DNA of 64,000 nucleotides from Marsupella aquatica (taxonomy: Eukaryota; Plantae; Marchantiophyta), in the NCBI GenBank assembly GCA_973895155.1, contig OZ316895.1:15506816-15570815 (forward strand). The letters are read 5' to 3'. Shown piece by piece: positions 35,848-47,600 of the stretch (position 1 is the stretch's first letter; the number at the start of each line of letters is the position of its first letter). A program made the translations under genes and the position numbers. The notes beneath the pieces were generated by a model that was not told the origin of the DNA, did no database searches, and saw nothing but the letters and a program-made list of their open reading frames with translations.

Positions 35848-38800
35848 TCATGGCACAGGCACACTATTGACATCTGCATCTCTGAATTCGCCTCCTTCAG
35901 CAAATGCATCTACCCTTGTCACAGGAATGAAGTCCCTGCTATCATGAACTACAGGCACTTGGTCTGAACGCCGACGATCAAAGGCACTATGAGAGTGTAA
36001 ATGAAACTCAAGGTTTGATCCTTCCATCCGACGTTGCCTGGCCTGTTTATGACACACTACACGCCAACCTGGGGAGTCTTCCACATCCAGGAAGAAAGCT
36101 TGCTCCACCTGACTAGGAAACACAAATGGCTCAGACCGTTCGAGCAATTTCCCTCTGAAATTGGCCAGCAAGAAACCGTCGTTGTCTCTCTTCATGGTAG
36201 CCCTGTTACCAAGCCAATCCTGCCGCACCCATGAACCTTTCATAAGAATCACAGGACTGGACACCGCCCCATAGTCCAGAGCCCATATGTCAACTAATTC
36301 TCCCACATATCCCATCTCCATCCAGGCCCTGTCGTGATTGTGGCTCTGTTGCTCAAATACAGTGATGAGCCCGCAGTCATTCGTCACCCTGTAGGCACTG
36401 TCACCATCCTTCACTCGGAAGTGATTCCCATATGCTCTCATCCGTTTGTAAGTCTTCACTTTCAGGCTAGGGGCATTAGACAGTAGGTAAACATCTGCAT
36501 CCATGTCTGGGTGGGTCTCGTGATGCTCTCTAATTGCCACTCTGATCCACTCCATGAAACCTGGAAAAGTTGTTCCTGCAGTGGGATGGGCCGCCTTCAA
36601 TGACTCATACTCCCTGAACGAACAACCACACAGCATTAGCTTGGGTAAACATGAACAGGCTGAAGGAGAAAACCACACGAACACAACATTTAAGCTCATG
36701 AACTGGATTATAGCACATGTATGCACTCACTGTATCCAGGGTTCCATCACCACAGTGTTGTGCAATACAAAGTCATGTGCCAAGTCTCTCATAGATATGG
36801 TCAGGTTCTTTGTGGTTGCAGCCCCTTCCAGTACTTCACCTATCACCCCTTCCTCCTCATCAGAATTCCACACCCTGGTCTTCACATGCTCATATTGTGC
36901 TATGTATTCGGTCAGAAATCCCAGAGTCTCATCCTTGATGTAACCTTTAGCCATGCTTGCTTCAGGTTTGTAATATGTTCTCACGTGACCTTTGAGTAGC
37001 TTCATGTACCGTTCCAAAGGGTACAACCAACGAGCACTCACAGGCCCAAATTGGTGTAGCTCTTCCACAACATGGACAAGTAGGTGGGTCATGACATCAA
37101 AAAATGCGGGAGGAAAATAAATCTCCAGGTCACACAGCACCTGAGCGACATCTTCTGTCAGTTGTGGGAAGTGTGTTTCATCCCAAACCTTCACACAAAT
37201 ACGACGAAACACATCACTGAGTCGCATGATCACAGTACGAACAGGCTTCTGCAACAGGCCCCTTAGGCATAAAGGCAACACCTGTTGCATCAACATATGG
37301 TAGTCATGGCTTTTCATACTACCAAGCTTTCTAGTCATGATATGCTTCTTGAAAGCACTGCCATAGTTTGAAGGAACCTTCAAAGAACTCAACCTCTGCA
37401 CAAATAGTTCCCACTCTGTGTCTGTCAGAACATAGGGCGCTTGGTACTTCAAGAGCACATCAGCTCTGTGGGCATGTGGCCTCAACCAAAGATGGGGTTT
37501 CATTCCCCTCTGTTCAAGATCCAATCTCACTGAACCAGTGTCTTTCTCTCCACACAAGAATTTGAGTAGACTCTCACAAATATTCTTTTCAATGTGCATA
37601 ACATCAATGTTATGTTTGCTTGGCTCAAACTCCTGCATCATTGCAATGCAAAAGCGTCAGGAAATGCCTCAAGTTTAGTCTCTCTCTTCAAAATGAATGC
37701 ACATGCTCTGAACCAAAACATGTATCCCAATTAGCATCAACTCCAAGAGGCTTACCCTCCAGTACTTGAGCTCCAAGTCCAATATGCTCAGTCTTTTTAC
37801 ACCATATCGCTTTATTGGATCACTCACTCCATCTTCCCTGCCCCCTCGTTTGATATAGTCATCCCTCAGTGCTCCCCACTGCCTGATCTCCTCTTTGGTC
37901 ACTCGTGCCGGGGGTCCACGTTGCTCAATCTCATTGCCAAAGTGTGCAATCAGTGCCTGTCTTTCTCTGTAAGGGTGATCTGCCTTCAGAAAATGACGAT
38001 GGCCCATGTATATCACTTTCTGCAGGGCTCTGGAGTACTCAGTGGTGACATTGCGCCCACAGATAGTACAAGCACAATATCCTTTTGTTGTTTGGCCTGA
38101 TATCATCCCATGGGCTGGGTAGTCAGCTATAGTCAGAATGACAATGGCTCTAAGGATGAATGGGTTTAACCTCCCAAGCCTCTGTAGGACATCATATGTG
38201 AGAACTCCTTCCTCCCAAAGCTTTCTCAATTCCTCCACTAGGGGAGCCAGAAACACATCTATGTTGGCAGATACAGCACTGTCTGGCCCTGGTATCAGTA
38301 GGACCATCAGAACAAAACATCGCTTTGTAGTCATCCAAGGAGGAAGGTTATAATTCAAAATAGTTACAGGCCAGCACGAAAATTTGTTGTTCTTGTCTCC
38401 AAATGGGTTTACCCCATCCAATGACAGCCCAAGTCTGACATTCCTCGGCTCAGCAGCAAATTCGGGATACATCTCATCTATGAGTTTCCATTGCCTTGAA
38501 TCTGCAGCATGTCGTTGTAGCCCATCATCACTTTTCTTGTCAGTTGCCCAAGTCATCATCTCCGAGATGGCACGGCTTCTGAACATCCGCTGAAGTCTGG
38601 GAATGAGTGGAAAATGACGAAGTACCTTGGCGGGAACCATAGACTTTCCTGAGTTCCGATACCTGTGCTTCCCACACTTAGGGCATGTCAACGATTCTTT
38701 ATACTCCTTTCTGAAAAGAACATGCCCATCAGGACAGGCATCGATCGAATCATAGTTCAATCCAAGATTAGATGTGCATCTTTTTGCCTCGTACATGTTC

Positions 38801-39579
38801 TTGGGCAAAATATTACCATCTGGTAGCACAGTTGTTCGCAAGAATGCCAACAACTCAGAAACCAAAATGTTGGGGACATTGTGGTTGCCGCAAATGTTCA
38901 GGAACATGATGACAAATCCCAGTTTAGAACATTTGCTACCGGGGTACAAAGACTTCATGCCTTCCTGTATTTGCAGGGGAGAGCCAAACATCCCATCATG
39001 CCCAGGGGTTTCCTGCCCTATCTCAAACTCATCAAGAGGCTCTTCGACAGGGGGCACACTTGCATCTGCAGCCGTATCCTCTTCATTGTCCAGCCCATCA
39101 TGAAATGCATCCAAGTCTTGGAAGATGTCTCTCACCATCTCTTCCACATGAATTCCTTCGTCACGTGGTGCTGCCTGAGCACCATCCCGTTGGAGAGCTG
39201 ACAACCCACAGAGACCAGCTACAACATTTTCAAATGCACCAGGCAGAACCTCACTTGCCCGTCTTGCAGCATTGGCAGCATCAAATTCTAACCTCCACTC
39301 CTCATCGGAAGAATATTCCTCTGCAGGATCATTCCAAACTCGATGTCGTGGATCTCTTCCATGAACCGCGATATGCCGCCAAACCTCATTCAGACCCCTG
39401 GTACGGGATCCTTGGCAGATTGCACAAGGACATCTCATCCTACTGGCTCCTGAAAGTCTGGTTCGTAACCTTTCACGCTGCCAAAGCTTATTATCATGGC
39501 GTGATATCCTTGTGGGATGATGCAAAGGCAGTGCCTGTGCCCTGGGCTGGGTCTGGGGAGGGTGGTGACCAGGGTGCAT
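35848..39579 (-). CDS. TnpD transposase of CACTA-2, apparently intact (~1163 aa)
   Basis: Exons 39579-37756, 37632-36731 and 36613-35848 with canonical, phase-compatible GT-AG introns. Motifs CPCAIC, LGLSLDGVNPF, YNLPPW, ADYPA, DVMHIEKN, LYPLERYM, EPFVFPSQVEQ. Confidence 0.93.
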
Positions 39580-40012
39580 TGTAACAGGCTGGGAGCTCTG
39601 CAGTCATGGACAGCAGTGAACAAGGATGCCTAATGGTGGTATTTGTGTTCCATATATCCCTGATTGTATCTACCAAAAGAGTTAACATAACGTGTACTAA
39701 ATTCTCACAAACCCTAAACCACCCCAAAAGAAAAAAACAGGTTCGCAAGTAGTGTACCTATTGTCAAGTGAATGACACAAAATTCCTAAATGTTGGAGGG
39801 TGTCACCACCTCCTCCGCTATCCTCAAATGTACCGCCTCTGCATGTACGTTTACAGTGACACCCCCAGGCAGCAGGAAACAACAATCCGCCAACAGTAAA
39901 ATAAGCCCAACTGCCACCAACCATAACAAGGTACATTAGTTCAAAGATCACATTTATTTCAATGATCTGATTTATACAAAAAAACTTGTGTCCAAACTGA
40001 TGCTACTACTCC

Positions 40013-40885
40013 TCACTCTGATTCAGAATCGCTAATGACCCATTCCTCACTTGTTGTCTCATAGTCCTCTCTGTAAGGATCCTGACCCTTCCGTGGCCAG
40101 GCCTCAAAAAGATCATAGTCCATTGGGTTTTGACGCTTCCCAACTGCTACTGATTCCACAAGCCAAGCATATGAAACCACAAACACATTATGGGACATGA
40201 CATAAAAGCGAATGTCTCCCTTCCCAAACTTGCGGCAGGCTTTGGGATATGACTTAGTAATGACATGAGTGGTGTCCTCTGTTATATTCTCCTCCACTGT
40301 CCCACCTAGGTCAAGCACTGTGGACTTGTACACTTTGCACTTAACCTCTCCAATTCCCGCCTCCACAAATACCATGCTCAGCCCTTTCAGAATGGGGGTT
40401 GGTTGCTTCGTCTCCTCAGCCAACATACACTTCAGCCTTGTAGAGCTCTGTCCTTTGTTGAGTACAGGTCCATATTGGAGATCAGCAAGCCGTGCCTTTG
40501 CTTCCCAGACTTCTTGTTCAGCCCAAGTTGATGCAGAAGCTTCTTCATCCTCCCACAACTCATATTGCTCAGTATCCTGTACAATCTTATGTGCTATGGA
40601 ATCTGTGATCCAAGAGGCCTCAACTACTTTTAGGCCTTGCTTAGTAATTGCAGAATTCATGTAGGACCATGACCACTTCTTTATCACTGATAGCCATGTC
40701 CCTGCAACAACATGTGTAGTCTCTGGAGTGATGTCCTGAACTACAGTGCCATGGAGCTCAGAGAATCGTTTCTGTACAGTTGGCCAATGCACTTTGGTCA
40801 ACCCATGCTGGCCATGGACCAAAATCGCTCTGACCCTTGTAAACACTGCTGGGTGGTCACACTTTCTACGTTTACCAGGCTCCAT
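40013..40885 (-). CDS. Tandem BRCT-domain protein (DNA polymerase lambda BRCT-like), ~290 aa
   Basis: Two repeats of GTV....TTHV....VV..W...S; the second reads ILKGLSMVFVEAG...LGGTVEE...THV...KFGK...YAWLVESV..G. Confidence 0.8.
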   Translation of the reverse strand: MEPGKRRKCDHPAVFTRVRAILVHGQHGLTKVHWPTVQKRFSELHGTVVQDITPETTHVVAGTWLSVIKKWSWSYMNSAITKQGLKVVEASWITDSIAHKIVQDTEQYELWEDEEASASTWAEQEVWEAKARLADLQYGPVLNKGQSSTRLKCMLAEETKQPTPILKGLSMVFVEAGIGEVKCKVYKSTVLDLGGTVEENITEDTTHVITKSYPKACRKFGKGDIRFYVMSHNVFVVSYAWLVESVAVGKRQNPMDYDLFEAWPRKGQDPYREDYETTSEEWVISDSESE

Positions 40886-41477
40886 GTACACACACTCTAC
40901 GTGATGACAGTGAATTTTGGAAGAATGGGTTCACCTGACAATGCAAGGACAACAAAATTCCTGCTTTTTGAGTTGATCTGGCCCACTGGTGCTCAGGTCC
41001 GATTTTGATAGGTACAAGGGATATGTGAACAATACGTACTAGGCACCTGCACGGATGCAGGACATTGTTTGAATATATACTACAAAATCCATATCCGTGG
41101 TGAAATGAAGTGCAACCAACTTGTCATGGCACATACATATTTTGTTGTAAAGGAGGATACATTCAATGACAAACTTATAGGGCAATTTGATTAATTGCAT
41201 GCCTGATAATTTATACGCTTACAACTTAGAAGTCCTGTTTTAATTTAGCAGTCTGATGAAAGTGTTTATGAAAATGACCACTCAGCCTAAATACTTCCAA
41301 GAAGGCTTGTAAGGATAAGTTTGTATAGGCATGTACCCAGCCACTGACGCCAGAGCACAAGATAAGTGCTGCCTATATAAACTCGCCTACCCAACTCCTT
41401 TTCAAAATTGGAATCTCTGCAATCTCAAAAAATAGTACATCCACATCAGGTGCACTGTGCATGTACAATGTTCAGCT

Positions 41478-42158
41478 TCACAGCCAAGATATGTGATCTC
41501 TCACAGGAGTGCGCGAGGTAGGATCAATGGCATGGCGATGACAATAAAATATCCATCGATCAACACCATGTGCAGAGTGATCATAGATTTCTCTGTCACA
41601 AGCATAACCCTCTGCTTGATGATCTTTCAGGCAATGATAGTGCCACATAGTGGGACACCTAGCATAGTGGACTATGTCAGTCCAGTAGTCATCATCATGC
41701 TCACCACATGCCTTGCACCTATGAAGTGGGCAAGCTGTGGCATGAGCAGGCAAACACTCAAAACAGAAAAATCTCACACAAAAATGGTCTGGACATTTCC
41801 TAACATTTGCTGCAGCATCAACAGAGCCCTCATAGGACCCCAACTTCCCACACTGTGCACACTTAGCCTGCTTCTCCAAACAATCAGTGCACATCCAGTC
41901 TCCCTGGTGTGTTGACGGGAGGCCCACCCCTGGACAGTTGTTTTTTGCAGCAAGGTCAGACTCCGGGTTGAGGTGGAAATGCCTCATGCAAGGGCCCTCA
42001 CAAATGACCAGGCCCCCACCATCGTCACAAATGGCACAACAATGAGCTGCCTTCTGGAAAATCTGACTTGCAGAGAAGTTAGTAGCATCTGCCCCAAGTA
42101 CACCTGTGTTTCTCACCTCTGTCACACGCTTTTTGGCTTGAATTTTAGGCCGTGCCAT
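41478..42158 (-). CDS. Stand-alone EDM2-like composite PHD finger protein, 226 aa
   Basis: CAICDDGG.L..CEGPC.RHFH...C..C.KLGS...CPLH.C..C...RCP...H..CL...IFYC..H.ID....TPVRDH matches the EDM2/NSD-type triple-PHD pattern as I recall it. Confidence 0.85.
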   Translation of the reverse strand: MARPKIQAKKRVTEVRNTGVLGADATNFSASQIFQKAAHCCAICDDGGGLVICEGPCMRHFHLNPESDLAAKNNCPGVGLPSTHQGDWMCTDCLEKQAKCAQCGKLGSYEGSVDAAANVRKCPDHFCVRFFCFECLPAHATACPLHRCKACGEHDDDYWTDIVHYARCPTMWHYHCLKDHQAEGYACDREIYDHSAHGVDRWIFYCHRHAIDPTSRTPVRDHISWL

Positions 42159-42856
42159 GCCTGCGCATGAGATAGACTCTACAATTTAGCAGACTGCACA
42201 GAAAGTAAAATATATTTAGCATTTAAGGTACAAAGGCATTTGCTACTGCAATGAATTGGAATGGCCACACAAGGATGCAGAGCACACATACTTTTGGTAT
42301 GTTGAGCCCACACACAAAACTGATCCCCTAATACAATTTCTCCACCAACACCTCAATTTTAATTGTGGCTATGATTCACCAAAGGAGATCTGCAACAACA
42401 TTTCATGCATTTGAATCACATACAATAGTCGTGACATGTAAAACAGGCATTCTTCGAAGAGGATTGGTATGAAGCAGTGTCATAAGGGTTGAAATTTATA
42501 CATCCTAAATAGGTTATGATAGTGGCTGAGACAAATAAGTGAGGCATAAATCATTTTGCATATTATCACATGGCCCATTAATTCATTCAACGTTGCAATG
42601 TTCACCAGGTTAAAGCAGTCATGAAAGCAGTCTTTCAATAGAGACTTTTATGCGAGTTTGCTAGCCTCTTAAATTAGGATATTTTGCTTAGTGCAGGCAT
42701 AATAGGATATAAGTTATGTACTGTTGACCCTAAACCCTGGACCCAAAATTGCTCATACATCAAAATTTTAAGTAAATATCCTCTGTGTTGAAGTCAGAGT
42801 GTTAAGCTATAGGTCAATGGTATCTGGTCTGTGCATGCGGTGTGACAAGTGGTCCT

Positions 42857-43306
42857 CTAGAGCATGTGATCCAAACATGTGTAGACACCAAAGTCACCGG
42901 TGGTGGGGTCTGGGAGGGCAGGACAAGTGACATCACCAGGCACACTGCAGGATGGCGAGTGGTTCCAGATGATACATTGTGCTCTGTGCAAAAATCGGCA
43001 TCCAAGAGAACGGTCATCCAATTCTGGGCCAGAAGCCCTACAGGCAGGACAGTCATATTGGCAACTGTGTACACACCCTTGGCACCTAATTTGTGGCGGG
43101 TCATGTACAAGAGACACAAATACCAAGGATGTCGGGAAGGGTACTGAAGCAGGTAGAGGCCGGCTGTAGTTGTTCCTGGAAACAACAGGGTACTCAAAGT
43201 ACCATGCAGACTGGGCTGGAAGGATCCCAAGTCTGACATACTCAAGGCGCAACATCTCTGCCTTGCGTGCAAGTCGCACATGTTCAGCGTTGCGGGTCCT
43301 CACCAT
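42857..43306 (-). CDS. Cys/His-rich orphan protein, 149 aa
   Basis: ATG-initiated open ORF collinear with the other cargo ORFs; CQGC..SC..DCPAC, C..LH..C, HSPSC, TC..H. Confidence 0.5.
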   Translation of the reverse strand: MVRTRNAEHVRLARKAEMLRLEYVRLGILPAQSAWYFEYPVVSRNNYSRPLPASVPFPTSLVFVSLVHDPPQIRCQGCVHSCQYDCPACRASGPELDDRSLGCRFLHRAQCIIWNHSPSCSVPGDVTCPALPDPTTGDFGVYTCLDHML

Positions 43307-44314
43307 AAGTGTTGCTTTCGTTGTGATGTCCTCTGTTCACGTCCTTTGATGAGCAAGGTGAGCAGGAGGTCGACTTGCCTCGCCAACAGCAACCACCTAA
43401 ACTAATCAGTTCCCACTCATTGTCTTGGTTCCAACTACAGGTCATAGTATACACATAGCATGAAACATGCATAGTACATATTTGATTCTGAGTTTATGAG
43501 TTTCCTAAGACAAAGAGCTTGGTGATAAACCCATATTCTCGACGGACATGTATATCAATCATATTAAACTCCTGTTTTTTCATCCAGAAAGACCGAAAGT
43601 CTCACCTTGCAGGTTGCAGCAGAGAGAAAATTCACTGGTTGTCGTGTTGTGCAAGTGAACCTCCACTGATGCCCCGGTGTAGCCCCTCAGATGCAGGTGA
43701 CACTTACCAACTCCCAAGTTGCCTGGTCTAACAGAAAATGCTTATATCTTCAGAACTTTATAGAGCAAGTACATGATCACATACTTCTGGATCTATTCAT
43801 ATTTGGAACTCTTGCCAACTACAACTCCCATTATGCACAAGCTCACATCAACAGAGAAAGATACAGAATGCATACTTACTATGGCTCTAAGCACCTTCAC
43901 TACCTTGTTGAACCCAGTCCTGAAGTCTTTTCAGCGTGTTTGTTGTGTTGTCTCCTTTGGCACCCAACACCTTAGTCCTTGATGTAACAGAATGCGATTT
44001 TACAAGTTAGATGCTTTGGAACCTTCTATGGTCTTAGCTGAATTGATGTCATCGTAAGTGGTGAAAGACAAGGAAGACGAAAGCTGGTTGAAGAGCTGTG
44101 GACAACACACTAGCATGAAGTGCTTCAACCAATCCACTGCCAAACGGAACTCTTGCACAGTCACATTCTTTTAGTAAACAAAAACTCAGTCAAACTTCAG
44201 AATCAAAGTACAGACTCTGAAGGACCAAAGGAGGATGTTGTGAGTTTCTCTGTTGTTTAATGTGTTACCCTTCTAGTTTCAAAGTTAGCAAATGCTGAAT
44301 AATGTGTCTACCAG

Positions 44315-44657
44315 ATCTTCGAAAAGAAGCCCACCACAATTAAGAACTTCGGTATCTGGGTCCACGTATCAGAGTCATACAGGTTATCACAACATGTACA
44401 AGGAATATTGTGATACCACAAGAAACGGAGCTGCAGAGCAGATGTATGATGAGATGGCTTCTTGTCATAGAGTTCGGTTCCCTTGCATCCAGATCATGAA
44501 GACTACGACAGTCCCTGTCTCTCTGTGCAAGCGAGAAAGTACCAAGCAGTTCCATGATTCAAAGATCAAGTTCCCCTTGACGTACTGCAAGATTCAACCT
44601 CCATTGCGAAAGCTAAAGAAGACTTACAAGGCCACCAAGCCCAACACAATTGTTTGA
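44315..44657 (+). pseudogene. RPL18a: Captured last exon of 60S ribosomal protein L18a (eL20)
   Basis: CCAG|[15 protein letters not shown] (frameshift) [14 protein letters not shown]...[10 protein letters not shown]...[17 protein letters not shown]...KTYKATKPN. Confidence 0.93.
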
Positions 44658-47600
44658 GTAGTGCGGGTGCAGGTTCCCAATTTTGAGACAATTTGGCTCA
44701 TTTTATGTCCCGAGGGAATCCTGGAGTTTATGTATTGAGTTTCTAGGTGAAGATGCTTAATATAAGGAAATTCAATTATCACTTCGTTCCCAACTTCTAT
44801 TAATTGAAAATACACAAGCTGGAAGCAAGAAGACAAGCCACAATCTAGCATCTTAGCCAAACACAATCGTCCCGACAAAGCAAAACTCAGCTGGACAGAA
44901 GTCACTCGGATCCACAAAAAATTGAAGATTCACCTCCAAGCCGGAGGCTGATCACTTCAGTACAACAACTTCTAGACGGAACAAACTTTGCTCAGCCCCA
45001 CAGAAACACAAATGTTAAGGCTCCAAGTCAGAGCTCACAAACAAAAACTCAGATAAATAACATTCAAAATCTGTCCAGGTTTGTGCAAAGTGTACATATT
45101 CATTCTTCTGGAATGAACACGCAATGCATACATCACCTAGACACAATCATTATAAATCATTGGGCGATTGGGGACCACTAAGCAGGTGTGTTCCTATTTC
45201 GAGGCTACAGGAAAGGATAGAGTGACACCAAACTCAAGAGTACACCAAAAGAAAAACAGCAAGAACCAAAGTCAATCATGTGTGGATAAACTGCACATGG
45301 GAAGTTCCCCTGAAGAAGCATCAGTTGCTAACATTGTCACCCGAACCACACCTAGTTTATGACCTCAATGTCTTCAACCTCAATATCCAATCCTCAGCCC
45401 CCTGGTGCTTCCGTGTTTGTTCTGAAAATTTCTGTGATGAAATAATTATTCAATACATTCAATAGGAGTTCAGACAATCTGAAGAGGACTTTGGACTTGA
45501 ATGGGGGACAGCGTGGCCATATAGTTATCCTTGTGGCCTTCAGCTACGTGTCTCACGCTGAATTTCACTTTCCAGTTTCGAGAGTTGTGAAGGTCTAGTT
45601 TTAGTAACTTCCTCCTGACTCGACTTGGGAGCATTCTCTGTATTTGCTAGCTTGTAGTTAGCTTTGACTCCTTTCAGCTTAGTTGACGACCCTCTTGAGA
45701 TATTAACAATTAATATCAAAGGCATTGAAACAAAGCGGGTGGCAGTTTCAGTATCTCAGGCAATGCAAAATTAATCCATACTTAATCAGCCCTGGCCACA
45801 CATTCCTTCAAAGCCCCTCATACTAGCAAGCAGGTCTGGCCTGTGAATCTTGTAGTGCTTAACGATACAAAGCCTTCCCAAGTACCAATTCAAAAGTAGC
45901 AGAAATAGATCGAAAGCTAGTTCCGATGATAGCTCCCAAAAGCTTTCCTCAGCCCGATTCCTATGCACATCAGAGGAGCTCAAACCATTTAGAAATGAGA
46001 TCACAGATTACTCTTGACAATCTCAAAAATGCCACAACCTAAGCACTGACAGCTCCGTCCCCCCATTCTAATTTCTCCGACAAGTTTGCCTTAAAGCACA
46101 TCCACTCGCAGTTCAAGCAGATTCAGAATCATCATAGACAATAGAGTGTTCTACCATAGCCCACGGTAGGTCCACGGCCATCGTAACAAACGCTCCACCC
46201 CCGGGGCTTATTAGTATTGCTCACTTTTAAGAAGGGCAGTTTTCGCAAAAGCAGTCTAATTGCCTAGACTGCACTAGAAAAGTTGGAGGCAATATCACAG
46301 CGGAGCATTCTGCGTCTAAGGGAGAGCGACGCCGTTCAGGAGATAGATGCGCGAGAGAGTGAAGATGGTGGGGAGCGGAAGACGGGTTGGGACTGGACCC
46401 TTGGTGCCGGTGGGTAATATGTGGGGTTTCAATGAACAATGGGCCAGTTTGAGGAGGATTAAGAAGCGCGCACCCCACGTTCTTGTGTGGTGGTTGGGTG
46501 GGGTTTTGTTTGATAGAAGAAGAAATCACCATTCTCTTATGGAAGAAAGAAAATCACAGGAAACAGTGGGCGGGAGAACAAGGCATGTAATAGAGAACAA
46601 CGAGGCATGTAATAGAGTACTTGCGGTTACTCTAACGGTGCACGAACACTCACCTTTGTCTTCCGCTTTGTCTGCTGTGGCCAACAAATCCCAGAGCGCT
46701 GCCGAGCTTGGTGGTTGCTTGATGGTTGAAAGTGCGTAGCTCACGTCCCTACCTCAATGTCCAACTCAATGTGGGATGCAGCAGCTTCTCTTGGTCGCAT
46801 CTCCTCTTCGTCGCATCTCCTCTTGGTTGCATCTCCTCCTTGTCGCAGCTCCTCTTGGGGTTCACAGCTAGCGCGCAGCAGCGCTCGATGGTTGACAATG
46901 CGCAGCTGAGCTAGGAGAAGAACTGAATGACTGTGGCTGCTCTTCTCTGCAGTCCAAGCACCCGGCTGGCAGAATGCTACGACACCTTAAAGAAGCGCAC
47001 TTTCAGCTGCATGGCCGGGACTAGTAGAAACCGTTGACGGTGAAGGGCATTCTCAGTTTGGACCTCCTCTCTCCAACCCCTTCTAACCCGCACCTCCAAA
47101 GTTGATTCGGGAGTTGATTAGCAATAACGTCGCTCCTATGCCAAAGGCACCAAGAACCAAGCCAAAAGAAAGGGTTTAGCAAAGGGAGAGCGATGTAGTG
47201 TGCACTGATCAATGACTCAAAGTTGACGTCGAACCCTCCATTGCACTAGCTATTGGCGGTTGCCACACAGAGAGCAGCCGTATGTAGCAAACTGTAATGC
47301 AGATACTCCCGTCAAAGGTCGATGCGTCACACTCAGCTTTAGAGGAAGGATAAACGATTGAGCAGCATTGCATTGTGCAAAAATGTTGGAGAAGCACATT
47401 GCTTCCAGGCCCGAGCTCACCTCCTTCCCCTTTCACCACTTCGCAGCTCCTCCAAGAGACATTCACTCAAGGGCACATCATGCAGTTGCTTGCCCTCCTC
47501 AGAAGCTCAACACCACAGCCACCAAAGTTGTCAGCTCCCACTGCAACTGAACAGGTCACTACCAAAAGCCCGCTCCCACCGCAGCTGAACAAGTGAGCGA

